From NCBI GenBank assembly GCA_023445495.1, contig JAEXLC010000180.1:805-64804 (forward strand): a stretch of 64,000 nucleotides of DNA, in the 5' to 3' direction. Numbering within the stretch: position 1 is the first letter of the stretch; the number at the start of each line of letters is the position of its first letter. This document shows positions 35,595 through 45,407 of the stretch, one piece after another. The notes beneath the pieces are model-generated. The model had not been told where the DNA came from, did not search any database, and was given only the letters and a program-made list of their open reading frames with translations. Origin of the DNA: Pseudomonadota bacterium (GTDB lineage: Bacteria > Pseudomonadota > Alphaproteobacteria > Sphingomonadales > Sphingomonadaceae). The translations under genes were made by a program, and so were the position numbers.

Positions 35595-36179
35595 TTACGC
35601 GAGCGCGTGCGCTTCGATCCCGGCGAGCTTGAGGAAGTTCGCCAGCATCGCATGGCCATGCTCGGTGGCGATGCTCTCGGGGTGGAACTGCACGCTGTGG
35701 ATCGGCAGCTCCCGGTGACGGAAGCCCATCACATGGCCGTCGTCCGAAGTGGCGTTGACCACCAGCTCTTTCGGAATGTCGGTGACGATCAGCGAATGGT
35801 AGCGCGTCGCGGTGAAGGGCGAGGGCAGGCCTTCGAACAGGCCGGTGCCGTCATGCGAGACCGGGCTGGTCTTGCCGTGCATCAGGCCGCCGCGGACCAC
35901 CGAACCGCCAAAATGCTGGCCGATCGCCTGATGGCCGAGGCAGACGCCCAGAAGCGGCTTGCCGAGATCTGCGCAGGCCGCGACGAGGTCGAGGCTGATC
36001 CCCGCTTCGTTGGGCGTGCAGGGGCCGGGCGAGATCAGGAACGCCTGGGCATTGCTGGCAACGGCGTCGCGGGCGGTGAGCGCGTCGTTGCGCACTACCT
36101 GCACGTCGGTGCCCAGCTCCATCAGATAGTGGACGAGGTTCCAGGTGAAGCTGTCGTAATTGTCGATGACGAGGATCAT
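35595..36179 (-). CDS. trpG: anthranilate synthase component II / aminodeoxychorismate synthase glutamine amidotransferase
   Basis: 194 aa with class-I amidotransferase triad context GVCLGHQ and HPES. Confidence 0.93.
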   Translation of the reverse strand: MILVIDNYDSFTWNLVHYLMELGTDVQVVRNDALTARDAVASNAQAFLISPGPCTPNEAGISLDLVAACADLGKPLLGVCLGHQAIGQHFGGSVVRGGLMHGKTSPVSHDGTGLFEGLPSPFTATRYHSLIVTDIPKELVVNATSDDGHVMGFRHRELPIHSVQFHPESIATEHGHAMLANFLKLAGIEAHALA

Positions 36180-36189
36180 GGCGCCTGCG

Positions 36190-36939
36190 CTACTGCTTCT
36201 GGAGGGCTACGACAATCGGCCCGATGGGCACGCCGCCGTCGAGACGGTCCGATACGGGATCCCAGAGCCGCGAGACCGCGCCGTCGAGATAGAGCGCGTC
36301 GGGCGCGGCGAGCTTGTCGCGGAACAGCCGGGCGAAGCGGCCGAACGACACCGGCTCGTTGCTGATCGCGAACCAGGCACTGCCGTTGAGACCCACGCCC
36401 ACGGCATTGCGGATGGTCAGCGAGGTGCCGTTCTCCGCCAGCTTGGGATGGAGCTGGCCGTCGATCAGCAGCATCGGGCCCGACTGGGTAGCGAAGCGGA
36501 CGTGATCGGGCTTGTTCGCGGCGAAATCATCAGTGGTGGCGACGTGCCAGCCTTTCGCGTCGCCCCAGAACACGCCGTTGGGTTGCATGTGGAAATTGCC
36601 GGGGCCGGGGCGGCGGTTGAGCGGCTTCTGCTCGGCGCCGTCCTCGACATAATAGCCGATCGGCAGGCCGGCGGCGTCGAACATGCCGGCGTTCATCGCG
36701 AAGGCGATGCGCGGATAGCGATCGCCCAGGCGCGGCTGGAGCCCGGTGAAGTCGCGCATCGGGCGGCCATCGGCGGCCTTGTCGACCAGCAGCACGTCAT
36801 GCTTCTGCGGATCGGCGCGGCAGACGGTGAAGCTGGTGCCCTCGAAGCTGATCTTGCGGCATGCGGCATCGATGCCCCCATTGGAGGCGCAGGCAGTCAG
36901 CGTCAGGAAGGCGCCGGCAACGGCGATCGGCCGGATCAT
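36190..36939 (-). CDS. phosphodiester glycosidase (DUF2233) family lipoprotein
   Basis: Lipobox-like LTLTAC follows [21 protein letters not shown] and PNGVFWGD segments are typical of DUF2233. Confidence 0.8.
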   Translation of the reverse strand: MIRPIAVAGAFLTLTACASNGGIDAACRKISFEGTSFTVCRADPQKHDVLLVDKAADGRPMRDFTGLQPRLGDRYPRIAFAMNAGMFDAAGLPIGYYVEDGAEQKPLNRRPGPGNFHMQPNGVFWGDAKGWHVATTDDFAANKPDHVRFATQSGPMLLIDGQLHPKLAENGTSLTIRNAVGVGLNGSAWFAISNEPVSFGRFARLFRDKLAAPDALYLDGAVSRLWDPVSDRLDGGVPIGPIVVALQKQ

Positions 36940-37054
36940 GCGTGCCACTTAGGATGAAATCGCGTTCAGGCAAGCCATGCGCCTGCCTTGGGCTTGCCAT
37001 AGTGGCGCGGCACGTCCAGCGGCGAGGGGCGTTGTTACGCCAGAAGGAGTGTTC

Positions 37055-37471
37055 ATGATCGTTCGTTTGCTCGCCGCCGCCGCGCTGCTCGCGACGCCTG
37101 CTATCGCGCAGGATGCCAAGCAGTCGTCGCAGGACAATCAGGGCCCGCCCAAGCGGGTGCGCAGCGTGCTGCTCTATGGGCAGGAGCAATGCCCCAAGCC
37201 GCAGAGCGAGGACGAGATCGTGGTGTGCGCGAGCGGCGGCGAATCGCCCTATCGCATCCCCAAGGAATTCCGGAACCAGCCGAAGAACGACGCGGCGTCG
37301 CAGGCCTGGACCAACCGGGTCGAGATGGTCGAGGACGTGAACCGTGCCGGGCTGCCGAACAGCTGCTCGCCGGTGGGCACCGGCGGCCAGACCGGCTGCA
37401 CCCGCGCCGCGATCCGGCAATGGTATCAGGAGCGGCTGGAGCAGAAAGCCAAGGACGCGGCGATTCCTTGA
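37055..37471 (+). CDS. secreted hypothetical protein (four Cys)
   Basis: 138 aa with SD AAGGAG 6 nt upstream and signal peptide MIVRLLAAAALLATPAIA. Confidence 0.7.
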   Translation: MIVRLLAAAALLATPAIAQDAKQSSQDNQGPPKRVRSVLLYGQEQCPKPQSEDEIVVCASGGESPYRIPKEFRNQPKNDAASQAWTNRVEMVEDVNRAGLPNSCSPVGTGGQTGCTRAAIRQWYQERLEQKAKDAAIP

Positions 37472-37481
37472 GGCCCTAATT

Positions 37482-37622
37482 CCTCCCCCAGCTTGCTGGG
37501 GGAGGGGGACCGCCGAAGGCGGTGGAGGGGCGGCGGACGCAGTCCGCCGGTTTCACCGGCGGCCCCTCCACCATCGCTGCGCGATGGTCCCCCTCCCCGA
37601 GACAAGCTCGGGGAGGATTTTT
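37482..37622. repeat. array of five consecutive GC-rich hairpins between convergent genes
   Basis: CCTCCCCCAGC/GCTGGGGGAGG; ACCGCC/GGCGGT; GGAGGGGC...GCCCCTCC with inner stems; ACCATCG/CGATGGT; CCTCCCCGAG/CTCGGGGAGG. Confidence 0.8.
37592..37622 (+). terminator. intrinsic terminator candidate
   Basis: 10-bp stem CCTCCCCGAG-ACAAG-CTCGGGGAGG followed by ATTTTT. Confidence 0.6.
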
Positions 37623-37627
37623 AGAAG

Positions 37628-39124
37628 CTACTGCCCGAAGCCGGCCTCGCCGGCCTGCTTCACCGCTTCTCGCGCCGCCGCGAACAGCGCTCCGGCCTTG
37701 GCTTCGCACTCGCGCTGCTCATATTCCGGCACGCTGTCGGCGACGATGCCAGCGCCGGCCTGGACATGCATCGTCCCGTCCTTGACCAGCGCGGTGCGCA
37801 GCACGATGCAGCTGTCCATCGAGCCGTCCGGCGAGAAATAGCCGACGCCGCCCGCGTACGGCCCGCGCGTTTCCTGCTCCAGCTCGGCGATGATCTCGCA
37901 GGCGCGGACCTTGGGCGCGCCGCTGACCGTGCCCGCTGGGAAGCCGGCGAACAGCGCGTCAAGCGCGTCCTTGCCCGGCGCCAGCTGGCCGACCACGTTC
38001 GAGACGATGTGCATGACGTGGCTGTAGAATTCGACCGTATAGCTGTCGGTCACCTTGACGGTGCCGGCATCGGCGACCCGGCCGACATCGTTGCGGCCGA
38101 GATCGAGCAGCATCAGATGCTCGGCGCGTTCCTTGGGATCGGCGAGCAGGCTGGCGCGGTTGTCCTCGTCCTCCGCCGCGGTCTTGCCGCGCGGACGGGT
38201 GCCGGCGATCGGGCGGATCGTGACTTCGTTGTCGCGCACCCGCACCAGGATCTCGGGGCTCGAGCCAGTCAGCGCGAAGCCGGGCAGGTCGAGATGGTAG
38301 AGGAAGGGCGACGGGTTGATCCGCCTGAGCGCGCGGTACAGCTCGAAGGGCGGCAGCGCGAACGGGGTGGTGAAGCGCTGGGCGAGCACCACCTGGAAGA
38401 TGTCGCCGGCGGCGATGTATTCCTTGGCGGCGGCGACCATCTCGCCATAGCGGCCCGGGCGCAGCACCGGGGTGAGCTTCACTTCTTCCGGCTCGGCACG
38501 GACCGGGGCGGGCAGGGGGGCGCCGGCGAGTTGCGCCGCGACGGTCTCGATCCGCTCGGCCGACAGGTCGACATCGCCGTCGGGCCAGACCGGGGCGACG
38601 AGGAACAGTGCATCGGCGAGGCGATCAAACACCAGCACCACCGTGGGGCGGACGAACATCATGTCCGGCACGCCGATCGGGTTCTCGGGCGGGCGCGGCA
38701 GCTTCTCGACCAGCCCGACCGTCTCATAGCTGAAATAGCCGACCAGGCAGGCGAGCGCCTTGGGCAGCTCGGGCGGGACCTCGGTGCGGCAGCGCGCGGC
38801 GAGACCGCGCAGGGCATCCAGCGCAGGCTCGGCACACGGCTTGAAGGCGTCCCGATTGGTCAGCCATTCGGGATTGATCGCGGCTTCGTTACCGGTGGCA
38901 CGGAAGACCAGGTCGGGGGCGAGCCCGATCAGGCTGTGGCGGCCGCGGACCGAGCCGCCCTCGACCGATTCCAGCAGGAAGTCGCCGCGGCCCGGCTCGA
39001 TCAGCTTGAGCGCAGCGGCGACCGGTGTTTCGGTGTCCGCGATCTGGCGCCGCCAGAGCAGCGCCGGCCGCCCGGCGGCCAGCGCCGCGCGGGCGGCTTC
39101 GATCCCCTCGATGCCCTGCGGCAC
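37628..39124 (-). CDS. trpE: anthranilate synthase component I
   Basis: 498 aa chorismate-binding enzyme pattern (GAGIVADS near the C-terminus). GTG start 4 nt after the ppiD-like stop. Confidence 0.95.
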   Translation of the reverse strand: MPQGIEGIEAARAALAAGRPALLWRRQIADTETPVAAALKLIEPGRGDFLLESVEGGSVRGRHSLIGLAPDLVFRATGNEAAINPEWLTNRDAFKPCAEPALDALRGLAARCRTEVPPELPKALACLVGYFSYETVGLVEKLPRPPENPIGVPDMMFVRPTVVLVFDRLADALFLVAPVWPDGDVDLSAERIETVAAQLAGAPLPAPVRAEPEEVKLTPVLRPGRYGEMVAAAKEYIAAGDIFQVVLAQRFTTPFALPPFELYRALRRINPSPFLYHLDLPGFALTGSSPEILVRVRDNEVTIRPIAGTRPRGKTAAEDEDNRASLLADPKERAEHLMLLDLGRNDVGRVADAGTVKVTDSYTVEFYSHVMHIVSNVVGQLAPGKDALDALFAGFPAGTVSGAPKVRACEIIAELEQETRGPYAGGVGYFSPDGSMDSCIVLRTALVKDGTMHVQAGAGIVADSVPEYEQRECEAKAGALFAAAREAVKQAGEAGFGQ

Positions 39125-39128
39125 GTCC

Positions 39129-41063
39129 TTAACGGGCGCCCTGGCGGGTCAGGTCCGCGCGGAGGCGGGCGATCGCCGCTTCGTTGCGGGTGATCTTCAG
39201 GTCATTGCGGATCGCGCGAATGAACTCGCGGGCATATTCCGCCGGGATCTGCTGCTGCAGCGCGCTGCGCATGCCGGCCATCGCCATCGGATCGCCCGAA
39301 GCGTCATGCGGCTCCACCTTGTCGAGGAACACGACATAGAAGCCCTTGCGATCGGGTGCCTCGAGCAGGCGGGCCTTCTTCGGCTGCATGCTGAAGGCCA
39401 TCTTGATGAACTGCTCCTTGTCCGCGATTTCCCTGCGCTGGAAATCGAACGGCTTGGGCGCCGGGCCCTTGGCGCCGGCGTCCGCGAGCGCCTTGTCGAT
39501 CGGCACGCCCTTGTTGAGCGCGGCGACCACGGCGTTCGCGGCAACCTTGGCCTTCTCCAGTGCCTTGTCGACCAGATAGTCGGTCTTCACCTTGTCGCGG
39601 ATGCTGGCGAGCGGGCGCGGCGCGGCCGGCACGATCCGATCAAGCTTGACGACCGCGAAGCCGCCTTCCGGCGAGACCTGGGCGAGCTGGATATCGTCGT
39701 CCGGATTCTCGAAGGTGAAGCCGCTGCGCATGATCGCGACCATCGCCGGATCGGGCTTATAGGCTTCGTTCTCCGGATCGATGCCGCCGGCGGCGAGCGC
39801 CGGGGTCACCTGGGCGGTCAGCTTGGCATCGCCGAGCAGCTCGGCGAAATTCTTGCCGTCGCCGATGCCGTCCTCGATCTTCTGGCGCAGATCGGCGAGC
39901 GCCTGCGCGGTCTTGCGCTGGGTGACCTCGGTGGCGAGCTCGTCATGCGCCTCGGCGAGCGTCTTGGCGGCGATCTTCTCGATCTTCTCGACGACCAGGA
40001 TGTGCCAGCCGAGCTGCGACTTGATCGGGCCGAGGAGCTGGCCCTGCGCGGCGGCAAAGGCCGCGTTGGCGATCTCGGCAGTGGTCTGGCGCGCGAGCTC
40101 GGGCTTCTCGATGCCTTCGAAATTGGTCGCGTCGAGGCCGGCGGCCTTGGCGGCGTCGGCCAGCGACTTGCCGCCCTTCACTTCGGCGGCGACCTTGTCG
40201 GCGGCCGCCTTGTCGAGCACGACGAGTTGGCGCACGCCGCGCTTCTCGGCGGCGGCATAGCGAGCGCCGGCCTTCTTGTAGGCATCGGCGATCTCGGCCT
40301 CGGTCGCGGTCTGCTGGGCGCGGATCTGGTCCGGCATCACCACGGCGTAGCGCACGATGCGCCGCTGCGGCACGAGGTAGCGGGCGCGGTGGCTGACATA
40401 ATAGGCGTTGAGCGCCTTGTCGTCGGGATCGGCGCCCGGATCCATCTGCGCGGTGTTGATCATGCCGACGATGCCTGCGCGGCGCTCGAGCAGCAGAGAG
40501 GCATAGGGGGCGACGACGCCGTTCGGCACATCGGTGCCGATGGTGGCGCGGTTGACCAGCCAGTTGCCATAGCGCTCACGCATCATGCTCTCGCGGAACA
40601 GCGCCGGGGCAAGCCGATTGTCGGCGAGCAGCTTCTCGAAGGTCTGCTGGCTGAACTTGCCGTCGATGCCGGCAAAGGACGGGTTGCTGGCGATCTCGGT
40701 GTCGATCAGCTTCTTCGACACCGACATGCCCGACTTGCGGCCGAACTCGACCAGCGCGGCCTGGTTGATCATCTCGTCGATCGCGATGTCGAGACCGCCC
40801 TGGGCGAGGAACTGCTCCATCGTCACCGTCTGCCCCTGCTGCTGCAGGTTGCGGATGAAGCGCTCGATCCGGTCCCGCACTTCGGTGTCGGAGATCTTCT
40901 CGCCGCCCACCGTGGCCAGCGTGCTGCTCGTCGCGCCGCCACCGCCATTGCGGATGCCGGTGATGTCGCCCGCCGCGAAGGCGATGGCGATCAGGCCAAG
41001 GAACAGGAACACCGCAATCAGGCCGTAGCGCGACTTGGTGAAATTGCGGAAGAAGCTGAGCAT
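39129..41063 (-). CDS. periplasmic chaperone / peptidylprolyl isomerase, PpiD/SurA-N family
   Basis: 644 aa counted from MLSFFRNFTKSRYGLIAVFLFLGLI (N-terminal anchor), with a parvulin-like region (GWHILVVEKI). The rest of the 938-aa track ORF is antisense to tpiA. Confidence 0.88.
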   Translation of the reverse strand: MLSFFRNFTKSRYGLIAVFLFLGLIAIAFAAGDITGIRNGGGGATSSTLATVGGEKISDTEVRDRIERFIRNLQQQGQTVTMEQFLAQGGLDIAIDEMINQAALVEFGRKSGMSVSKKLIDTEIASNPSFAGIDGKFSQQTFEKLLADNRLAPALFRESMMRERYGNWLVNRATIGTDVPNGVVAPYASLLLERRAGIVGMINTAQMDPGADPDDKALNAYYVSHRARYLVPQRRIVRYAVVMPDQIRAQQTATEAEIADAYKKAGARYAAAEKRGVRQLVVLDKAAADKVAAEVKGGKSLADAAKAAGLDATNFEGIEKPELARQTTAEIANAAFAAAQGQLLGPIKSQLGWHILVVEKIEKIAAKTLAEAHDELATEVTQRKTAQALADLRQKIEDGIGDGKNFAELLGDAKLTAQVTPALAAGGIDPENEAYKPDPAMVAIMRSGFTFENPDDDIQLAQVSPEGGFAVVKLDRIVPAAPRPLASIRDKVKTDYLVDKALEKAKVAANAVVAALNKGVPIDKALADAGAKGPAPKPFDFQRREIADKEQFIKMAFSMQPKKARLLEAPDRKGFYVVFLDKVEPHDASGDPMAMAGMRSALQQQIPAEYAREFIRAIRNDLKITRNEAAIARLRADLTRQGAR

Positions 41064-41186
41064 GAAGTGCCGATCGTTGGAATGGTTTGCGGGTGCTTTA
41101 GGGCCCTCATTCGCTGCCATCAAGCTTGTGCGAACGCAGGCGCCTGCTATCCGCCCATGAAACAAACATAATGGGAGGTTGGGGTG

Positions 41187-41936
41187 ATGCGGCGCAAGCT
41201 GGTGGCGGGTAACTGGAAAATGCATGGGCTGCGGGCGCAGCTGCCCGAGGTCGAGGCGATCGCGGCGGCGGCGGCGGCGAATCCGTCGGTCGATGCGGCG
41301 CTCTGCCTGCCCTACACGCTGATCCATCCCGCCGCGCAGGTGGCGGGCGGCCTGCCGATCGGCGCGCAGGACCTGCACGAGGCCGACAAGGGCGCGCATA
41401 CCGGCTGCATCTCGGCGCCGATGCTGGTCGAGGAGGGCGCGGCCCTGACCATCGTCGGCCATTCGGAGCGTCGCGGCGACCAGCACGAGACCAGCCACGA
41501 CGCCTATATGAAGGCCGCCGCTGCCCATCGGCACGGGCTCAAGGTGATCCTGTGCTGCGGCGAGCTGGAGGCCGAGCGCGCCGCCGGCCGCGCCGAGCGA
41601 ATCGTCCAGTCGCAGATCGAGAAGTCGCTGCCCGACGATGCCGATCCGAGCTGGCTGACGATCGCCTATGAGCCGCGCTGGGCGATCGGCACCGGCAAGA
41701 CGCCGACGGCGGACGAGATCGCTTCGATGCACGCGATCATCCGCGCCAAGCTGCGCATGATGATCGGCGAGGAGAAGGCCGACGGCATCCAGATCCTCTA
41801 TGGCGGATCGGTGACCGGCACGAATGCCGCGCAGATCCTGGCGCTCGACAATGTCGACGGCGCGCTGGTCGGCGGGGCGAGCCTGACCGCCGAGAAGTTC
41901 GTGCCGATCATCGAGGCTGCGGCTTCGGTTTCCTGA
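41187..41936 (+). CDS. tpiA: triose-phosphate isomerase
   Basis: NWKMHG and AYEPRWAIGTG signatures. SD GGGAGG lies 8 nt upstream of the ATG. Confidence 0.95.
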   Translation: MRRKLVAGNWKMHGLRAQLPEVEAIAAAAAANPSVDAALCLPYTLIHPAAQVAGGLPIGAQDLHEADKGAHTGCISAPMLVEEGAALTIVGHSERRGDQHETSHDAYMKAAAAHRHGLKVILCCGELEAERAAGRAERIVQSQIEKSLPDDADPSWLTIAYEPRWAIGTGKTPTADEIASMHAIIRAKLRMMIGEEKADGIQILYGGSVTGTNAAQILALDNVDGALVGGASLTAEKFVPIIEAAASVS

Positions 41937-43281
41937 CTTCCCCAAGAGTGAAAAAGGCCGTCACGCCAGAGAGCGCGGCGGCCGCCGCTCCGACCAGCGC
42001 GCCCATATGGAAGGCGCTGACCAGGCCTGCGCCCGCCGAGGCGATCACCGCGCCGGCGATGGCGGTGGCGATCAGGCCGCCGGTGCGCGCGATCGCGCTG
42101 TTGAAGCCCGATGCGGTGCCGGTATGGGTGTCGTCGACAGACGCCAGCACCGCGGTGGTCAGCGGTGCGGCGACGCTGGCCATGCCGATCGCGATCGCCA
42201 GCACGCCGGGGAAGACGGTGGCCCAATAGGATCCGTCCTCCCGGATCAGCAGGAGCAGCGCGAAGCCGGTCGCGACGATCATCGGCCCGATGGTAAGCGG
42301 CCAGCGCGGACCGATCCGCGCGGTGATCCGGCCCATGATGCGGCTGGCGATCCCCATGCCCAGCGGCATCGGCAGCAGCGCGAAGCCGGCGTGTAGCGCC
42401 GAATAGCCGCCCGCCTCGATCAGCACATAGGGCAGGAGCAGCAGCCCCCCGCCGAGCGCGCCGTAGAGCAGGAAGGTGAGCAGGGTGAGGCCGGCAAAGG
42501 CGCGCGAGCCGAACATCGCCACCGGCATCATCGCGCGGCTTCCACGATGATGCTCGATCCAGAGGAACAGCCCGATCGCGGCCAGGCCGGCGACGAGGCC
42601 GGCCGCCAAGGTGCCATCGATCGCGTGGTGGCTCGACCAGAGGGTCAGCGCCCAGGTCAGCGCGCCGAGTGCCAGCGTCGCGGTGAGGGCGCCGGGCAGG
42701 TCGAGCGGCAGGTCGCCTTCCGAGCTCTCCTCGACATAGAAGAGCGCGATGCCGATCGCCGCGAGCGCCACCGGCACATTGACATAGAAGATCGCGCGCC
42801 AGCCGATCGCGTCGACCAGCCAGCCGCCGAGCGGTGGGCCGACCGCGCCGGCGATCGCGCCGACGCCCGCCCAGGTACCGATCGCCTTGCCGCGTGCCTC
42901 GCCGGTAAAGGCATGGCCCAGGGTGGCGAGGCTGTTGGGCAGCAGGATGGCCGCGCCGATCCCCTGCAGCGCCCGGGCGGCAAGCAGCAGGGTGAGGTCG
43001 GCGGCGACCGCGCAGGCGACCGAAGCGATCGTGAACAGGGCGATGCCGAGCACCAGCAGCTTGCGCCGCCCGAAATGATCGCCCGCCGCGCCGCCGATCA
43101 GCAGCAGCGCCGAGAGCGGCAGCATGTACGCGTTGATCGTCCATTGCAGCTCGGCCGGGGTGGCGTGGAGGTCGGCGCCGATCGCGGGCAGCGCAACATT
43201 GGTCACCGATCCGTCGATGAACGCCAGGCTCGAGGCCAGGATGCAGGCGGTGAGGGTCAGGTTCGGATGCCGGGCCTGCAT
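41908..43281 (-). CDS. MFS transporter (drug:H+ antiporter-like)
   Basis: 457 aa with about 14 hydrophobic segments and an MFS motif-A-like GDHFGRRKLL. Confidence 0.9.
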   Translation of the reverse strand: MQARHPNLTLTACILASSLAFIDGSVTNVALPAIGADLHATPAELQWTINAYMLPLSALLLIGGAAGDHFGRRKLLVLGIALFTIASVACAVAADLTLLLAARALQGIGAAILLPNSLATLGHAFTGEARGKAIGTWAGVGAIAGAVGPPLGGWLVDAIGWRAIFYVNVPVALAAIGIALFYVEESSEGDLPLDLPGALTATLALGALTWALTLWSSHHAIDGTLAAGLVAGLAAIGLFLWIEHHRGSRAMMPVAMFGSRAFAGLTLLTFLLYGALGGGLLLLPYVLIEAGGYSALHAGFALLPMPLGMGIASRIMGRITARIGPRWPLTIGPMIVATGFALLLLIREDGSYWATVFPGVLAIAIGMASVAAPLTTAVLASVDDTHTGTASGFNSAIARTGGLIATAIAGAVIASAGAGLVSAFHMGALVGAAAAALSGVTAFFTLGEVRKPKPQPR

Positions 43282-43359
43282 GCCACCGCTCTAGCAGAGC
43301 CGGGCGCGGGACGGGAGTGCCGCCGCTCCGCGGCTGGACGCGTCGCCGTAACCTTCAGT

Positions 43360-43375
43360 TAATTTACTGAAATTA
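43360..43375. promoter_or_regulatory. AT-rich palindrome TAATTT-ACTG-AAATTA
   Basis: Perfect 6-4-6 inverted repeat in the divergent MFS / GGDEF-EAL intergenic region. Confidence 0.4.
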
Positions 43376-43415
43376 CGCAAATCTTCTGCCGCCTGCAGGC
43401 ATCTGCTTGCTATAT

Positions 43416-45350
43416 ATGGATATGCTGCGGCTCTCGCTTCCTGCCTGGCCTGTCGACTCCGATCGGAATCAGATGATTCTGGTCGAGCAGTTCCATGCCC
43501 TGCGCCAGCAGGTGCCGCTGATGTACCTGATGATGTTCGCCGATTCGGCGTTCCTCGCCTTCGCGGCCTATGGCACGGTGAGTCCCTGGTGGAGCCTGGG
43601 CATGCCGACCCTGCTGGCAGTGCTTTCGGCGGGACGCGCGGCCTTCTGGCTTCGCCGTCGCGGCCATACGCCGCGGCCCGAGATGATCCCCCAGTATCTG
43701 CGCGGCACGATCATCGTCGCCGCGGTGCTCAGCTTCGGTTTCGGCGGCTGGGGGTTGCTGCTCTACGCGGAGGGCGACCTGGTCCGCCGCGCATGCATCG
43801 CGCTCTATATCTTCATCGGCGCGATCAGCTGCTGCTACTGCCTGCAATCGGTGCCGCGCGCGGGCCAGGCGGTGCTGCTGTGCGGGGCGACGCCGGTGAC
43901 ACTCTGCCTGATCTTCTCCCCTGACTGGTTCCTGCGCGGGCTGGGCTTCAACATCCTGGTGGTGGGATTCGTGGTGCTGCGGATGATGCGCACCAGCCAT
44001 GCCGGGTTCGTCGAGATGCTGGCCTCGCGCTCACACATGGCCGCCGAGCAGGCGCGCGCGCAGGGTGCCGAGCAGCGCGCGCACCAGCTCGCCTATCATG
44101 ACCCGCTGACCGGTCTGCCCAATCGCCGCGCGCTCGCCGAGGCGCTCGAGCGGCGGATGCTGCGCGATGGCGAGGGCGCGACGCTGGGGCTGCTGATCAT
44201 CGACCTCGACCGGTTCAAGTCGATCAACGACGTGCATGGCCATCCCGCCGGCGACCAGCTGCTGCGCGACGTCGCCGCCCGGCTCAACGCGGCGGTGGGC
44301 GAGGAGGGGGTGAGCTACCGGCTCGGCGGCGACGAATTCGCAGTGGTGATCGATGGCGACGGCGAAGTCGCGCGGCGCATCGCCCATGCCATCGTCAATG
44401 CGGTGCACCGTCCCTTCGCCGAATCGGACCTGGTCCACCATATCGGCGCCAGCGTGGGCATCTCGCTCTATCCGCAGGACGCGCTCGATCTCGACACGCT
44501 GATGCGCAAGGCGGACATCGCGCTCTACAAGGCCAAGCATAGCGGGCGGAACCAGCATTGCGCGTTCGAGCCGCTGCTCGATGCCGAGATCCGTCGCCGC
44601 GCCGAGATCGAGCGCGAGATGCGCGAGGCGATGCAGACCGATGCCTTCGTGCCCTTTTACCAGGCGATCGTCTGCCTGAAGAGCCGCGAAGTGGTCGGCT
44701 ATGAGCTGCTTGCGCGCTGGCGGCGCGACGAGGGCGAGGAGATCGGCCCCGAGCAGTTCATTCCGATCGCCGAGGAATGCGGGCTGATCGACACGCTGAT
44801 GCTGCGTTTGCTTCGCCGCGCCTGCCGCGAGACGCGCGACTGGCAGGTGCCGATCTCGATCAACGTCTCGCCGACCCAGCTCAAGGATCCGTGGTTCAGC
44901 CAGAAGCTGCTGGGCGTGCTGATCCGCGAGCGCTTCCCCGCGCGGCGGCTGACGGTGGAGATCACCGAGAACGCGCTGATCGTCGATGCCGAAAGCGCGC
45001 AGGACGCGATCGCCTCGCTGCGCAACCAGGGCATCCAGCTGGCGCTCGACGATTTCGGCACCGGCTATTCGTCGCTCCAGCACCTCCAGATGCTGCCCTT
45101 CGACCGGCTCAAGATCGACCGGTCCTTCGTCTCGGCGATGGGCCGCGATCCGCAGGCGATGCGGCTGGTGCTGGCGATCGTCACCCTGGCCAACACGCTC
45201 GAGCTGCCGGTGGTCGCGGAGGGCATCGAGAATGCCGCCACCGCCGAGGCGCTGGCGCGGCTGGGGTGCGCGATGGGGCAGGGATTTCATTTCGGTCACC
45301 CGATGCCGGTGGAAGGGATCGCGGCGGTCGGCGGCGGGGTTGCTGCCTGA
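43416..45350 (+). CDS. membrane-bound GGDEF-EAL protein
   Basis: About 6 N-terminal TM helices. GGDEF is intact (44325-44339). The EAL domain has ELL in place of EAL (44703-44711) plus DDFGTGYSS and EGIE. The track start is TTG at 43407; first ATG used. Confidence 0.9.
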   Translation: MDMLRLSLPAWPVDSDRNQMILVEQFHALRQQVPLMYLMMFADSAFLAFAAYGTVSPWWSLGMPTLLAVLSAGRAAFWLRRRGHTPRPEMIPQYLRGTIIVAAVLSFGFGGWGLLLYAEGDLVRRACIALYIFIGAISCCYCLQSVPRAGQAVLLCGATPVTLCLIFSPDWFLRGLGFNILVVGFVVLRMMRTSHAGFVEMLASRSHMAAEQARAQGAEQRAHQLAYHDPLTGLPNRRALAEALERRMLRDGEGATLGLLIIDLDRFKSINDVHGHPAGDQLLRDVAARLNAAVGEEGVSYRLGGDEFAVVIDGDGEVARRIAHAIVNAVHRPFAESDLVHHIGASVGISLYPQDALDLDTLMRKADIALYKAKHSGRNQHCAFEPLLDAEIRRRAEIEREMREAMQTDAFVPFYQAIVCLKSREVVGYELLARWRRDEGEEIGPEQFIPIAEECGLIDTLMLRLLRRACRETRDWQVPISINVSPTQLKDPWFSQKLLGVLIRERFPARRLTVEITENALIVDAESAQDAIASLRNQGIQLALDDFGTGYSSLQHLQMLPFDRLKIDRSFVSAMGRDPQAMRLVLAIVTLANTLELPVVAEGIENAATAEALARLGCAMGQGFHFGHPMPVEGIAAVGGGVAA

Positions 45351-45407
45351 CATCTTCCCAGACGTGCAGCTTGTCGCCTACTCTGGCGCGGTTCACGGGA
45401 GAGTCCG

